From: an uncultured virus (IMG/VR IMGVR_UViG_3300021197_001080)
Taxonomy: Duplodnaviria > Heunggongvirae > Uroviricota > Caudoviricetes
Reading direction: 5' to 3' (one strand)
Length of the DNA stretch: 64,000 nt
Virus record (IMG/VR): IMGVR_UViG_3300021197_001080
The notes under the pieces were generated by a model. That model did not search any database. It had not been told where the DNA came from and saw only the letters and a list, made by a program, of their open reading frames with translations. A program made the position numbers and the translations under genes. Position 1 is the stretch's first letter. Each line of letters opens with the position of its first letter. Of the stretch, positions 8,356 to 18,197 are shown piece after piece.

Positions 8356-10923
8356 ATGACTTTAAGAGATGAACTTGAAGAACTGCGTGTAAAAGTAGAG
8401 GCCCTTGGCAAACTTTCGGGTGAAGAACGGAAGGACTTGGCCGGTAGTTCCGATGTCTCTAGAAAAAACAAACTTATAGCGAGAAGCAAAAAATACGGTC
8501 AACTTTTGGAAGACATTCGTGAAGTTGAACAAGACCTTGCTGAGGAAGAAGGTAGGACTGCCCCCGAAGACATATCCCCAACTGAACTTGAATCTCGCAT
8601 GTCTCAATTTAGAACAAAACTCGCTAATTCCATCAAGGAATCGGTTTCCCGTCAAAAAGAAAGTAGTGCCGAAGCAAATCTTCGTAACATTGAGACTCCA
8701 AGCGGCTCTCTTTATGATGTTCTTGCCTCCTACATCAAAGAAGCGGTTCCATTCAATAGTGAGTCCGGCAGAAACATCACTATGTCTGAAATGTTCACTA
8801 GAAGATTTAGCGATATTGGATTGAAGAACTTGGTTACTTTTCCCGATGTCGCTACTCAAAGACTTCTCAGCATTGCCGACACAATTACTGGAAATGCAGG
8901 GGAGCAAATTAAAAACTTCGTTGGAAACTTCCGCTTGCTTGAAGATGTTATGGAAGACCGCAGGGAAGGGGAGCAAGAGTTTGACCTTGATGGTGAGACC
9001 TACAACATCAATGTTGGTAAATTCTTCGGAGCCATTAATTTGAGCGATTCAGACTCTAGAGAATCCGTTTACGAGTATTGGGAGAAAATTGATGGGAAAT
9101 ATGAAGCATTTGAAAATGCTTTGGATGCTTTCTTGGAATCTGCTGAAAAATCAAAGAATGAGGAGTTTGCAGAAAAAGCAAGGAAATTTGCTGGGAAGAA
9201 AGGCATTCTAAGATATGTCTATAACATCCCACTTGTCCCTCATAAGGGCCTTGGTCCGAAGAAAAGACTGATTCAAGTGATTCAAAATCTTCTTGTTTCC
9301 GAAAGATTGGCTTCGGAGGTTGAGGCTATTGCTGGTCAATCGCTGTCTGAAGAGGATAGGCTAACTGATGAGGCTACCTTGCAACTTGGGCAATATGCCG
9401 CAACATTCAGCGATGCAATGGAGATTGATTTGGAAGAAGAAGCCATTGAGGGCGGAGATGTTCTTATTGAAGAAACGCAAACAGATTTGATTGGTTCCCG
9501 TGAAGATTTCCTAGAAGGAATTTCCACCGATACCGATATTCTTCTTGCTATTGAGATGATTAGAAGTAGGCGGCTCGTTTCTGCTACGGATGAAATGGCC
9601 ACTGAACTTCGTAAATATCTTGATATGGCTGAAGACATGCTAACTGAAAAAGAGTTTACATCCGTTGAGACCTACTTTGACCAATTCAAGGCAGAAATTA
9701 AGAATTCTCTTATTTTAGAAAGAGAAAACTACTTTATTCCTATTAGTGTCTTCACTGACCCAGCGATTAAGAGAAGGGTTAAGGGACTTACTGGGGAAGT
9801 TAAACTTCCATTTGCGAGCGAAGCAGAAGATGTTATTGATGATATTGCTGAGTTCTTTGATGACCTTGAAGTCCTTTTGAAAGATTGGGAAAACCAAACA
9901 ATGTTTGAGGTTGCACCTAAAGGTGGACAACCCGCTACTTCAATAGAAAGTAGAGAAGACCCCTCCGGAAAAATAAGTGGTCTCATGAGTGCCAGTAATG
10001 TCACTATCGCTGGTAAGAAGACAAAACTCCCAAAATACTTGGAAGAGCAGAAAGAGACGCTAAAGGTTCTTGTTGAGGCCATCATTGAGTATTATGTTAA
10101 TCCAATATATTCCGGAAGAATGCCTGTGAATGTTCCTAGATTTGCTAGCAAGTTAGGATTTAAAGACATACTTATCTTGGCTGAAGACCTCGGTGCTGAA
10201 ACCGCTACTGGGAAGGAATTCATGAGAGCAACTTCCGATAGTGTTGATTCTATTGACCCCGATGACATTAGAGATTTGAGAATGTTCTTTACGAGAGTTT
10301 TCACAAAGAGAGTGAAGCCAAATAGAGAACTCATCAACTCTGGAAAAAGAGCCATTAGTTCTCTTACTGAGTTGTTCGGTAGCGAGGAATCAAACGCCAA
10401 CTACATCTCAGCCGTTCTCTTTGATGTAATGAGAAGCACACAGGACATGTCAATGGCTAGCCGTGAAATCAATGCCCCTAGTGGTGACAAGAGTATTATG
10501 GAAAGAGCCAATCTCTACCATGAACAATATGCTTCAAACAAATCATTCCCAATTTTTGGCCTGCCGCTATATCTTGATATGAATGAGGGTCTTTTCTACA
10601 ATCACCCGGATAGAAGAATGAAGAGTGAATACGACCAACTTGTCAATGTTCTAAAGCAGACTGGGGACGACCTACCTGTTATGCTCAAAATGTTGTTGGA
10701 AGCCCATGATGAAATTCGTAAATCTCTTGGGAAAGAAGTTCAGCACGGCTTTACCCCATTGAGTTATGATGCAATTTTTAAATTCCTTGAGGAAGAAGAT
10801 ATTGACTTGACGACTTTTGAGGTTGAAAATATTGTCAAGTCTTATGATTCTCACAAGAACATTGGTACTGAGTATGGAATCGGTACTGAAGATGTTTATT
10901 TTTTGAAGGCTAACTTTAGGTGA
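8356..10923 (+). CDS. large acidic helical protein, candidate internal virion protein
   Basis: 855-aa ORF; possible HTH at the extreme C-terminus. Confidence 0.75.
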   Translation: MTLRDELEELRVKVEALGKLSGEERKDLAGSSDVSRKNKLIARSKKYGQLLEDIREVEQDLAEEEGRTAPEDISPTELESRMSQFRTKLANSIKESVSRQKESSAEANLRNIETPSGSLYDVLASYIKEAVPFNSESGRNITMSEMFTRRFSDIGLKNLVTFPDVATQRLLSIADTITGNAGEQIKNFVGNFRLLEDVMEDRREGEQEFDLDGETYNINVGKFFGAINLSDSDSRESVYEYWEKIDGKYEAFENALDAFLESAEKSKNEEFAEKARKFAGKKGILRYVYNIPLVPHKGLGPKKRLIQVIQNLLVSERLASEVEAIAGQSLSEEDRLTDEATLQLGQYAATFSDAMEIDLEEEAIEGGDVLIEETQTDLIGSREDFLEGISTDTDILLAIEMIRSRRLVSATDEMATELRKYLDMAEDMLTEKEFTSVETYFDQFKAEIKNSLILERENYFIPISVFTDPAIKRRVKGLTGEVKLPFASEAEDVIDDIAEFFDDLEVLLKDWENQTMFEVAPKGGQPATSIESREDPSGKISGLMSASNVTIAGKKTKLPKYLEEQKETLKVLVEAIIEYYVNPIYSGRMPVNVPRFASKLGFKDILILAEDLGAETATGKEFMRATSDSVDSIDPDDIRDLRMFFTRVFTKRVKPNRELINSGKRAISSLTELFGSEESNANYISAVLFDVMRSTQDMSMASREINAPSGDKSIMERANLYHEQYASNKSFPIFGLPLYLDMNEGLFYNHPDRRMKSEYDQLVNVLKQTGDDLPVMLKMLLEAHDEIRKSLGKEVQHGFTPLSYDAIFKFLEEEDIDLTTFEVENIVKSYDSHKNIGTEYGIGTEDVYFLKANFR

Positions 10924-10927
10924 TGGC

Positions 10928-11440
10928 TTGGCTGAGAGATTTACCGCAAGCGACATTTCCTTTAGAGAAATGAGCGAAGAAGAAGCAGTCAAGGCTTTTC
11001 AGCAAGACGAATATTTTGACTACTCAAAAAGAGCGGCTAGATACAGAACAATCCCAACTGAGTCCGTTTGGGCAAGAACTCCCGCCACTATGTTTGTGGC
11101 GTTTTACAAAGAAACTCCAGTAGGTGTCATTGGATTTGCGCCATATGGAAAGTACCTGCTTGGGGCTGGGGTCCATGTCAGAAAGGAGTATCGGGAGCGA
11201 GGCTTAGTCCCTATACTCGTTGAAGAAATGTTGAGAAACAAGGGTGGCAAAAAGATTCTTGTGAACATCGCCAACAAGAAGATTGCCGACACTTACCGAA
11301 GGGCGGGATTCAAAGACATGGAAATTGGAACGCTTCCCTCAGAAGTTAGGGAAGGAGCAGTTATTGGAAGAGATGCTGGGTTTGAACAAGTGGAGAAGTT
11401 TATGCTCCATGAGTCCGGATGGTTTGAAGTTTTGAGATGA
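10928..11440 (+). CDS. GNAT-family acetyltransferase with C-terminal W-tag (GWFEVLR*)
   Basis: Motif A VHVRKEYRERGL and motif B N..IADTYRRAGF. Confidence 0.75.
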   Translation: MAERFTASDISFREMSEEEAVKAFQQDEYFDYSKRAARYRTIPTESVWARTPATMFVAFYKETPVGVIGFAPYGKYLLGAGVHVRKEYRERGLVPILVEEMLRNKGGKKILVNIANKKIADTYRRAGFKDMEIGTLPSEVREGAVIGRDAGFEQVEKFMLHESGWFEVLR

Positions 11441-11444
11441 TAGC

Positions 11445-12863
11445 ATGAACATCAACACTCTCAACTTTGAACATCAAATGGACATGAATATGTCAAGGAA
11501 CTCCTTTCCGTATTTTTTTGAACATGTTCTTGACTTCCAAATGACTAATCACCAAGCAGAGTGGAAGGGCTTAATGGACGATACAAAGCGAACTGTCATT
11601 ATGTGTAGTCGTGGCCATGGAAAGTCGGTGTTCATGAGAGCATGGGTTGTTTGGAACCTTTGCTTCCAAGAACCTCCATATCAAATGGTCTACATGTCAT
11701 CTAATCAAAAGCAGACGAATATGCACATGAAGTCTATTTCAAAAATGTTTAATCATCCTATTCTTGAAAAGTTTAAGCCCGAAGGGAATAAGGGTTGGGC
11801 AGTTGAAGAAATGAATTTGAGTAATGGTAATTCTATTGTTGCCCGTTCAGTAAATTCTCAGTTTCGTGGTCTTCACCCTCAAGAAGTTATCATTGACGAC
11901 CCTTTGAAAGAGTTTAGCGTAAGTGGTATTCAAAAGGTTACAGATTGGTTTTTTGGTGACTTGACACCTGCTATTCACTCTTCTGCAAAGGTTCGTATCA
12001 TTGGAACTCCTTTCAGTTACACCGATATATATCAACAACTTGGTGAGAACCCAGTCTACACTATGCGAGTTTACCCCTGTCTCAACTCCCTAAATGAACC
12101 CCTTTGGCCGGAGAGATGGAACTACGATTCTCTCATGGAGAGGAAACAGGAAATGGGTTCTCTTTTGTTTACGAGAGAATACATGTGTGTCCCCATATCT
12201 ACTGGTACTTCTTTGTTTAATCCCGAATTCCTAGGCAATGCGAAGAATAAGGATTTGGTTCTCAAGCCTATGCGTAGAGAGGGCTACAAGTATTTTGTTG
12301 GCATTGACCCTGCTATTTCCACAGACGGTGACTACAATGTCATTACTGTCATAGAGATGGACAAGGACGAAAATAAATCCATTGTGTATGTTGATAGAGC
12401 AAAGAATGTTCAGTTCCGAGAAAACATACAGAAAGTAAAGATTGTCAATAAACTGTTCAATCCGGATTCAGTTTTCTTTGAGAGCAACGGGTTTGCAAAG
12501 TCTTTCATTCAAGAGATTAGAAACTCTGCTGATATTCGCTTGCATGACTTTACTACGACTCGCAGAAAGAAGCAGGAGATTATCTTAAATCTTCAAATGA
12601 CTTTGGAGAACGGAAAGATGAATTTCCCCTATGGCAATGAGGAAAGTCGTAAGGTAACAGGTGAATTGATTAGTGAACTTTCCATGTTTGCTATTAGCGA
12701 GAACGGTAAATTTGAGGGCGTAGGCGCACACGACGACATGGTAATGAGTTTGGCTTTGGCAAATGCCGCTACTTTCCAGTCAACTGACAACTTTATTTTG
12801 CTAGACGATATGGGCATATTTGACGAAACTCCGAAAACCCCAATGATGGGGTTGAATTTCTAA
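11445..12863 (+). CDS. terL: terminase large subunit
   Basis: Walker A SRGHGKS, Walker B VIIDD, coupling GTP, nuclease GIDPA and HDDMVMSLALA. Confidence 0.95.
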   Translation: MNINTLNFEHQMDMNMSRNSFPYFFEHVLDFQMTNHQAEWKGLMDDTKRTVIMCSRGHGKSVFMRAWVVWNLCFQEPPYQMVYMSSNQKQTNMHMKSISKMFNHPILEKFKPEGNKGWAVEEMNLSNGNSIVARSVNSQFRGLHPQEVIIDDPLKEFSVSGIQKVTDWFFGDLTPAIHSSAKVRIIGTPFSYTDIYQQLGENPVYTMRVYPCLNSLNEPLWPERWNYDSLMERKQEMGSLLFTREYMCVPISTGTSLFNPEFLGNAKNKDLVLKPMRREGYKYFVGIDPAISTDGDYNVITVIEMDKDENKSIVYVDRAKNVQFRENIQKVKIVNKLFNPDSVFFESNGFAKSFIQEIRNSADIRLHDFTTTRRKKQEIILNLQMTLENGKMNFPYGNEESRKVTGELISELSMFAISENGKFEGVGAHDDMVMSLALANAATFQSTDNFILLDDMGIFDETPKTPMMGLNF

Positions 12864-12864
12864 G

Positions 12865-14511
12865 GTGATTGAGATGGTTGAAGCACAAAAACTCATTGAA
12901 GCGAAGCCTCTCATTGAACAGTTAGAGGAACTGGACCAAGAAGAAAAAGAAATCATTGCACAAGTTGAAGGTGATTTGAAACTCGCTTCTTTTTTTGGTT
13001 TTACACATGTTATGTCGGAAGTGGAACAAATTCAAAAGTTGTCTAATGAATTGAACCTAAACGCTACTGATGCGAGAAAGAAAATTGATTTCTTCCCGAA
13101 AGAATACATTGTTCAAGACCAAACTGTTCCCGACCTTGTTAGAAAAATGCGGAAGTCCCGCAGGAAACTAAAGGGTGAGCAAAGAATAAGGATGAGCAAA
13201 GCCATTGATACTATGATTGATGCTTATGCTGACCACATTAACAAGTGCATTGACTCCATTACTTGGTTGACTCCATATAAACCAGCCCTACTCAAGATGC
13301 GATTTAATGAAAAGGACTTGCATAAACTTTACAAAATGAAGGACGCAGATATTCGCAGAGAAACAGTTGATGCCATTTGCAAATATTGGGAGGCAGATTT
13401 GGCTAAAAGAGAAATGGCATTCTGCAAAGAATATGGGCAGTTGCAAAAGACGATGACAGGGGCAAAGAAAGAATTCCGTGGGGCTATCTCTAAAATTACT
13501 AATCAGTCTATTACAAAGTCAAAGAGAGAAAGAATAGAAGAGTTTGTTCTCAAGACAGTCTGCGAGAATCAAGGTGTCGGCGCAAAAAGAATTCACGACC
13601 TCATGCCTAACAATCTCTACAAGGCCTCTTCCCCGAATAGTATTGCTAAGATGATTAACAAGTTGGACATTGCTTCTTTGGATGGAGCCTACTACAAGAT
13701 GCCTAGCACACTTAAGAAAAATATTTGGGCATATACGGCGGCTTTCATTGACTCAGATGGCTACATTACACTTGACCGTAACATGAACCCTAGGGTTGGC
13801 TTAGTGGCCACAGGCGAGCGAGGGAAGGCATTTATGCAAGAGATGCACAAGTCCATCGGCTTTGGTCGTATGCACCTTGACCAAAAATCACCACAGGATA
13901 CTCGCCTCATCAACCGACTCAACTTCTACTCTCAAGCAGATGTGATGGAACTGATGATAAAATGCTTGCCACATTTCCGTTTGAAGAAAGGCAATGCCGA
14001 ACTTTTGATTGAGTTGATTCGCATGAAGAAGTCCCACAAGAAAGCAGATTGGTATAAAGACCGTTGCGGTGAGATTTTCAAACTTATGAAGTGGGAGAAT
14101 CACAAAGACCATGTTGGTTTTGATTGGGCAAAAGAAAATATTTACCTTGATGATATTCAAAAGTTCAAGGACAATTGCAAAATCTCGGTCATGGATTCAA
14201 TTGAACAGATTGGGACCATAGTGAAGATGCAAAGAGACTCAACTCGCTCCGATGCTGAAATTCCTAAAGAAGAAGTCTTGGCCTACATTCGTGGAGTCAA
14301 GAAGTTGATGAGAAATAAGACGATGGAAAAGGATGATTCTGATACTGTCTTTGGTTTCCTAGACTTCATGGAAAAAGCCATTGATTTGTATGAAAGCGGG
14401 GAGACCCCTTTCATGACTTATGGTTTTATTAAGAGCAAGATAGAGGAAGTTTTGAAGAAATACGGGATTGATAGCAAGTCCATCTTTGGTAGACTCTACA
14501 ATACGGAGTGA
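12865..14511 (+). CDS. multidomain protein with a single LAGLIDADG endonuclease-like domain
   Basis: WAYTAAFIDSDGYI at ~13725-13770, followed by typical LAGLIDADG features (LPHFRLKK); N-terminal half is coiled-coil-like. Confidence 0.75.
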   Translation: MIEMVEAQKLIEAKPLIEQLEELDQEEKEIIAQVEGDLKLASFFGFTHVMSEVEQIQKLSNELNLNATDARKKIDFFPKEYIVQDQTVPDLVRKMRKSRRKLKGEQRIRMSKAIDTMIDAYADHINKCIDSITWLTPYKPALLKMRFNEKDLHKLYKMKDADIRRETVDAICKYWEADLAKREMAFCKEYGQLQKTMTGAKKEFRGAISKITNQSITKSKRERIEEFVLKTVCENQGVGAKRIHDLMPNNLYKASSPNSIAKMINKLDIASLDGAYYKMPSTLKKNIWAYTAAFIDSDGYITLDRNMNPRVGLVATGERGKAFMQEMHKSIGFGRMHLDQKSPQDTRLINRLNFYSQADVMELMIKCLPHFRLKKGNAELLIELIRMKKSHKKADWYKDRCGEIFKLMKWENHKDHVGFDWAKENIYLDDIQKFKDNCKISVMDSIEQIGTIVKMQRDSTRSDAEIPKEEVLAYIRGVKKLMRNKTMEKDDSDTVFGFLDFMEKAIDLYESGETPFMTYGFIKSKIEEVLKKYGIDSKSIFGRLYNTE

Positions 14512-14978
14512 AGGATATGAATAGTTGGGAAGGTGTTTTGAAATATAGGCCGGTCTTATTTGCTGAACCAAAGCCAATAGAGACTCCCCCCCAACTTGAC
14601 ATTAGACCTCCTTCTCCCAACTGGGTTTCAGTTATGGGGGTTGTAGAAGAATTGTTGCGTAAGGAAGGAGGGGCCGCAGATTTTGACAAAATTTTTGAGT
14701 CCGTGGAAAATAAAACAACCTACATCGTATCAAGAAAAGAGGTTAAGGCTATTTTAGAAAACAATCCCAATGTGGCTAAACTAGAAGATGGCGACTATGT
14801 TCTAGTGAATACGATTGAAAAGAGTTGGAAGGACATTCTCCAAAAGGAAGGCGAGAAAGATGCTTGCTACTACAAAGTCAAATCTCGCTACAAGAAATGG
14901 CCCAGTGCTTATGCTAGTGGTGCTTTAGTCCAATGCCGTAAAGTTGGCGCAAAGAATTGGGGTAACTCAAAGAAGTGA
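14508..14978 (+). CDS. two-module W-tag protein (wHTH-like + basic Cys domain)
   Basis: Two tags (SWEGVLK, SWKDILQK); C-terminal DACYYKVKSRYKKWPSAYASGALVQCRK. Confidence 0.7.
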   Translation: MKDMNSWEGVLKYRPVLFAEPKPIETPPQLDIRPPSPNWVSVMGVVEELLRKEGGAADFDKIFESVENKTTYIVSRKEVKAILENNPNVAKLEDGDYVLVNTIEKSWKDILQKEGEKDACYYKVKSRYKKWPSAYASGALVQCRKVGAKNWGNSKK

Positions 14979-14982
14979 TATT

Positions 14983-15411
14983 ATGAGTTGGGAAGACATT
15001 TTGAAGAGAAGCGTAGATGACTTCCTTTCGGAGTATCTTAGGCTTACTAGAGAAATTGAGCGTGACAAAAAAAGCGGAACACGGCGAAGAGCCTTACTGA
15101 TGGAAAGGATGGAATTAGAACAATCCATTCCCGAAAATATGCAGGATGCTTTTTACGATTCGTTGGAAGAAATGGATACCAAGAGGGAAAGAGATAGGGG
15201 CTTTAAAGAACAACAAGAGAGAGCGACTGCTATGCTAAAACCCTATATTCCTAAGAAAAAAGGGCAAAGAAATAAACAATCTTCAACAAAAAGAACTCGC
15301 AGTCAAAGGCAGGCCACTATTGAAGAAAAAAAGAGAAGAAAAGAACTTGATGCGAGGGAGCGCAGAAATGAAGCGGCTAAAAGGACAAGAGATAGAAGGA
15401 GGGGACTTTGA
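14983..15411 (+). CDS. small basic W-tag protein (MSWEDILKR...)
   Basis: Start moved to ATG 14983 after AAGTGATATT; R/K-rich C-terminus. Confidence 0.7.
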   Translation: MSWEDILKRSVDDFLSEYLRLTREIERDKKSGTRRRALLMERMELEQSIPENMQDAFYDSLEEMDTKRERDRGFKEQQERATAMLKPYIPKKKGQRNKQSSTKRTRSQRQATIEEKKRRKELDARERRNEAAKRTRDRRRGL

Positions 15412-15662
15412 TGCTATGGTTTGAGGTTCTTAAGAAAGGCGGAGATAACTTCGCTAGAGAAAAGAAGGAAGGGCTTCACGGCTGGTTTTCTAGGCAAGGT
15501 GGAAGTGGTTCGGAAACAGGCTGGGTTTCATGTCAATCGTGCGAAGATGACAAAAAAGGAACAAAACCTTGTGGTCGTAAAGATGCTTCTAAAGGAACTA
15601 AACAAAGATGTCGCCCTACTTGTGCGGCTTGTAAGACTTACAAAAGGAGGAAAGGAAAATGA
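15411..15662 (+). CDS. small basic Cys-rich W-tag protein (MLWFEVLKK...)
   Basis: GLHGWF..GWVSC..KPCGRK..CRPTC. Confidence 0.7.
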   Translation: MLWFEVLKKGGDNFAREKKEGLHGWFSRQGGSGSETGWVSCQSCEDDKKGTKPCGRKDASKGTKQRCRPTCAACKTYKRRKGK

Positions 15663-15934
15663 ATTGGAAAGAAGTATTGAAAGCGGGTTGCGGAAATCAT
15701 GAGAAGATGGAAGGCAGTTGCGCTTGTGAAGAATGTAGTGAGAAAGCAAACAAGGCATACTGTCCTCATTGTGATGGCAATGCTCCAAAGAGCGAGTGTG
15801 TCTGCGGAAAGATGGAAAAGAAACTCTTTGGTAATCAAAAGGCGATTGCAGAAAAAGCACCGCCTAAAGATGAGATTACCGGAGAGGACTTCAAAGCCCT
15901 CCGTGGTGAAAAGAAGAAACTGATGAAGTTGTGA
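15659..15934 (+). CDS. small Cys-rich W-tag protein (MNWKEVLKA...)
   Basis: 9 Cys, metal-binding-like; ATGA overlap with upstream stop. Confidence 0.7.
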   Translation: MNWKEVLKAGCGNHEKMEGSCACEECSEKANKAYCPHCDGNAPKSECVCGKMEKKLFGNQKAIAEKAPPKDEITGEDFKALRGEKKKLMKL

Positions 15935-15938
15935 TACG

Positions 15939-16229
15939 ATGAGCGAGTGGCAAACTGTTCTCAAAAAAGACAAAAAAGACATGCGTGTTGGTCGTGTCTA
16001 TCCTTCCGATAGAGAAGGTAAGAAGATTATGATGCTCACTCACGAAGGCAAAAAAATCCATGCTGGTGCGAAGGGCTACGGTAACTATAAGCGTAAGGGG
16101 AAGAATCGTGGCGGTGGAACTCATAGAAGTGCAAAGCGAAGAAAGAACTTCCGAGCAAGACATAATTGCGACGAGTGTAAGGGGAGAATCACAACTCCAC
16201 GATGTTTGGCTTGCAAGAAACTTTGGTGA
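15939..16229 (+). CDS. small basic W-tag protein (MSEWQTVLKK...RRKNFRARHNC)
   Basis: Very basic; His/Cys cluster. Confidence 0.7.
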   Translation: MSEWQTVLKKDKKDMRVGRVYPSDREGKKIMMLTHEGKKIHAGAKGYGNYKRKGKNRGGGTHRSAKRRKNFRARHNCDECKGRITTPRCLACKKLW

Positions 16230-16306
16230 TTTACCATAAATCACTAAATAAACATAAAGCATTAAAACCAATGCTTGCTACAAATTAACTAGGGGGAGTC
16301 TTGACT

Positions 16307-17959
16307 ATGGCAGAAGAGAGTAGGAGGTTCTCCATCACTAACTTGTTTAGAAGAAAAACCCCCACCCCTGCTGATAGGCAAATCTACAGTATGGGCATTC
16401 AAGAGCGACAGAACAACCATGTGATGACTGCACCCATCATCTACTCCATTGTTCAGCAGTCCGTGATTGTGAGAACCTGTATTACACAATTGAAGCAAGA
16501 GGTCTTCCGCAGAGGCTACCTTTGGGAAAAGTCATACGAGGCTCGTTGTAACGACTGTGGTAAGGAACACCAGCGGCCAGTTCAAGAGTGTGCCCGTTGT
16601 GATTCAACGGATTTGAAGAAGCCCGACCCAAAACAGTTGGAATATGCTGAGAAATTCATCAATGGCTATGTCAATAAAGCGGAGCAATTGTTCATTGATG
16701 TTTTACAAGAACTTGAAGATGACTTGAACATTATGGATGATGCTTACATTGTTCTTATCAAAGAATATTTTTTGGACGGTAATGGGCAAATTAAAATGCA
16801 CCGTATCAAGGAAGTTTATCGTGGCGACCCGGTTACGATGATGATTTACTGTGATGAAGAAGGAACGAGGGGAACGAAGGGGTTTACCTGTGTTAATCAT
16901 CGGCAGTTTATTGCTAGTGAGCCACACGAAATGTGTGAGGCTTGTGGGTCTAACCTGTTCCCTATCCACTATGTCAACAGAGTCAATGGGCAAGACCAAT
17001 ACTTCCTAGAAGGAGAGGTTCTGCATTTCAGCAAATACAACCCAAGTAGGCTCTACGGCCTTTCCCCACTCCTAACTCTCTACAATCTTGTTATGACCTT
17101 GATTGCTATGGAGAATTATGTCAACTCGTCTTACACTAAGAGTAGGATGCCGAGAGGTTTGCTCGCCGTTCAAACTCGCAACATGGAATCCATGAGAGCC
17201 TTTTGGAGAGCCACCAAGGAAAAGATGGAGGCCGACCCTCACTTTATCCCAGTTATGGGTATTGAAGCAGAGAATGGTAAGGGCGCAGTTGAATGGATTA
17301 AGTTCATGGACAGTCTAAAGGAAATGGACTATGTTTCTGTGAAGGATGATTTGCGTGACCGTATCTCTGCATTCTACGGCGTGAGCAAGGTGTTCATGGC
17401 CGACAATACTACGAGTGGCGGTTTGAACAACGAGGGAATGCAAATCCTCGTAACGAACAGGGCCGTCCAAAAGGCACAAAGAGTCTACAACGACTATGTG
17501 TTTCCGTTCCTCATTAAACAATTCGGAATTACAGATTGGAAATTGAAACTCCCTCCGAGCGAAGAAGAAGATGAAATTGCAGTTCTTCGTAAGAGAGAAA
17601 TTGAAGTCAACATTGCGGCTTCAATCAAGAATCTCGGCTTTGAAATTGAGATGGATGAAGATGGCAACTTCACTTACAGTAAGCCCGAACCCAAAGAGGA
17701 AAAACCTCCAATGGGAGAAAAGGAAGAAGGTGGCGGAATTGAACTTGACCCTCTCGCTGGTTCTAATATGGACCAAAGAGATGTAGACCAAATGCAAAGA
17801 GAGTTTGCAGAAGGTGGGGCTTCTAAGCCACAAGAGAACCCCCCAGCCACAAGGAATAAAGCAAGGATGAGCGTAGGACCAGATAAGCGGCTTACTGGCT
17901 TACCAGTAGAAGCAGGCAATCAAAATGTTGACACAAGAAGCGAAAGGAGAGTGGGTTAA
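16307..17959 (+). CDS. portal protein with two Zn-ribbon insertions
   Basis: Portal-like motifs (YGLSPL, RISAFYGVSKVFM), size, and position between TerL and the protease; CNDC/CARC and CVNH/CEAC pairs. Confidence 0.85.
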   Translation: MAEESRRFSITNLFRRKTPTPADRQIYSMGIQERQNNHVMTAPIIYSIVQQSVIVRTCITQLKQEVFRRGYLWEKSYEARCNDCGKEHQRPVQECARCDSTDLKKPDPKQLEYAEKFINGYVNKAEQLFIDVLQELEDDLNIMDDAYIVLIKEYFLDGNGQIKMHRIKEVYRGDPVTMMIYCDEEGTRGTKGFTCVNHRQFIASEPHEMCEACGSNLFPIHYVNRVNGQDQYFLEGEVLHFSKYNPSRLYGLSPLLTLYNLVMTLIAMENYVNSSYTKSRMPRGLLAVQTRNMESMRAFWRATKEKMEADPHFIPVMGIEAENGKGAVEWIKFMDSLKEMDYVSVKDDLRDRISAFYGVSKVFMADNTTSGGLNNEGMQILVTNRAVQKAQRVYNDYVFPFLIKQFGITDWKLKLPPSEEEDEIAVLRKREIEVNIAASIKNLGFEIEMDEDGNFTYSKPEPKEEKPPMGEKEEGGGIELDPLAGSNMDQRDVDQMQREFAEGGASKPQENPPATRNKARMSVGPDKRLTGLPVEAGNQNVDTRSERRVG

Positions 17960-17962
17960 TTT

Positions 17963-18187
17963 ATGACAGAAGATACGAGACAAAAAGAGATTAGACTGAG
18001 AAAGGAACTGGCACAACTTCGTGCGAAGCATTCTAGTGAAGACAGAGTTGTTAGGAAGAACAGAGACTTCTCTATGGGTCTTCCAGCAGATACTTCCCAC
18101 AAGGCAAAGACCCATACCAATGACTGCCCGGATGTGATTTTGCTTCCAAAGCACCGAAGAGGCAACAAAGAAAACATTCCATTTTGA
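17963..18187 (+). CDS. hypothetical protein
   Basis: 74-aa ORF tightly packed after the portal. Confidence 0.6.
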   Translation: MTEDTRQKEIRLRKELAQLRAKHSSEDRVVRKNRDFSMGLPADTSHKAKTHTNDCPDVILLPKHRRGNKENIPF

Positions 18188-18197
18188 GGTGAACTAG

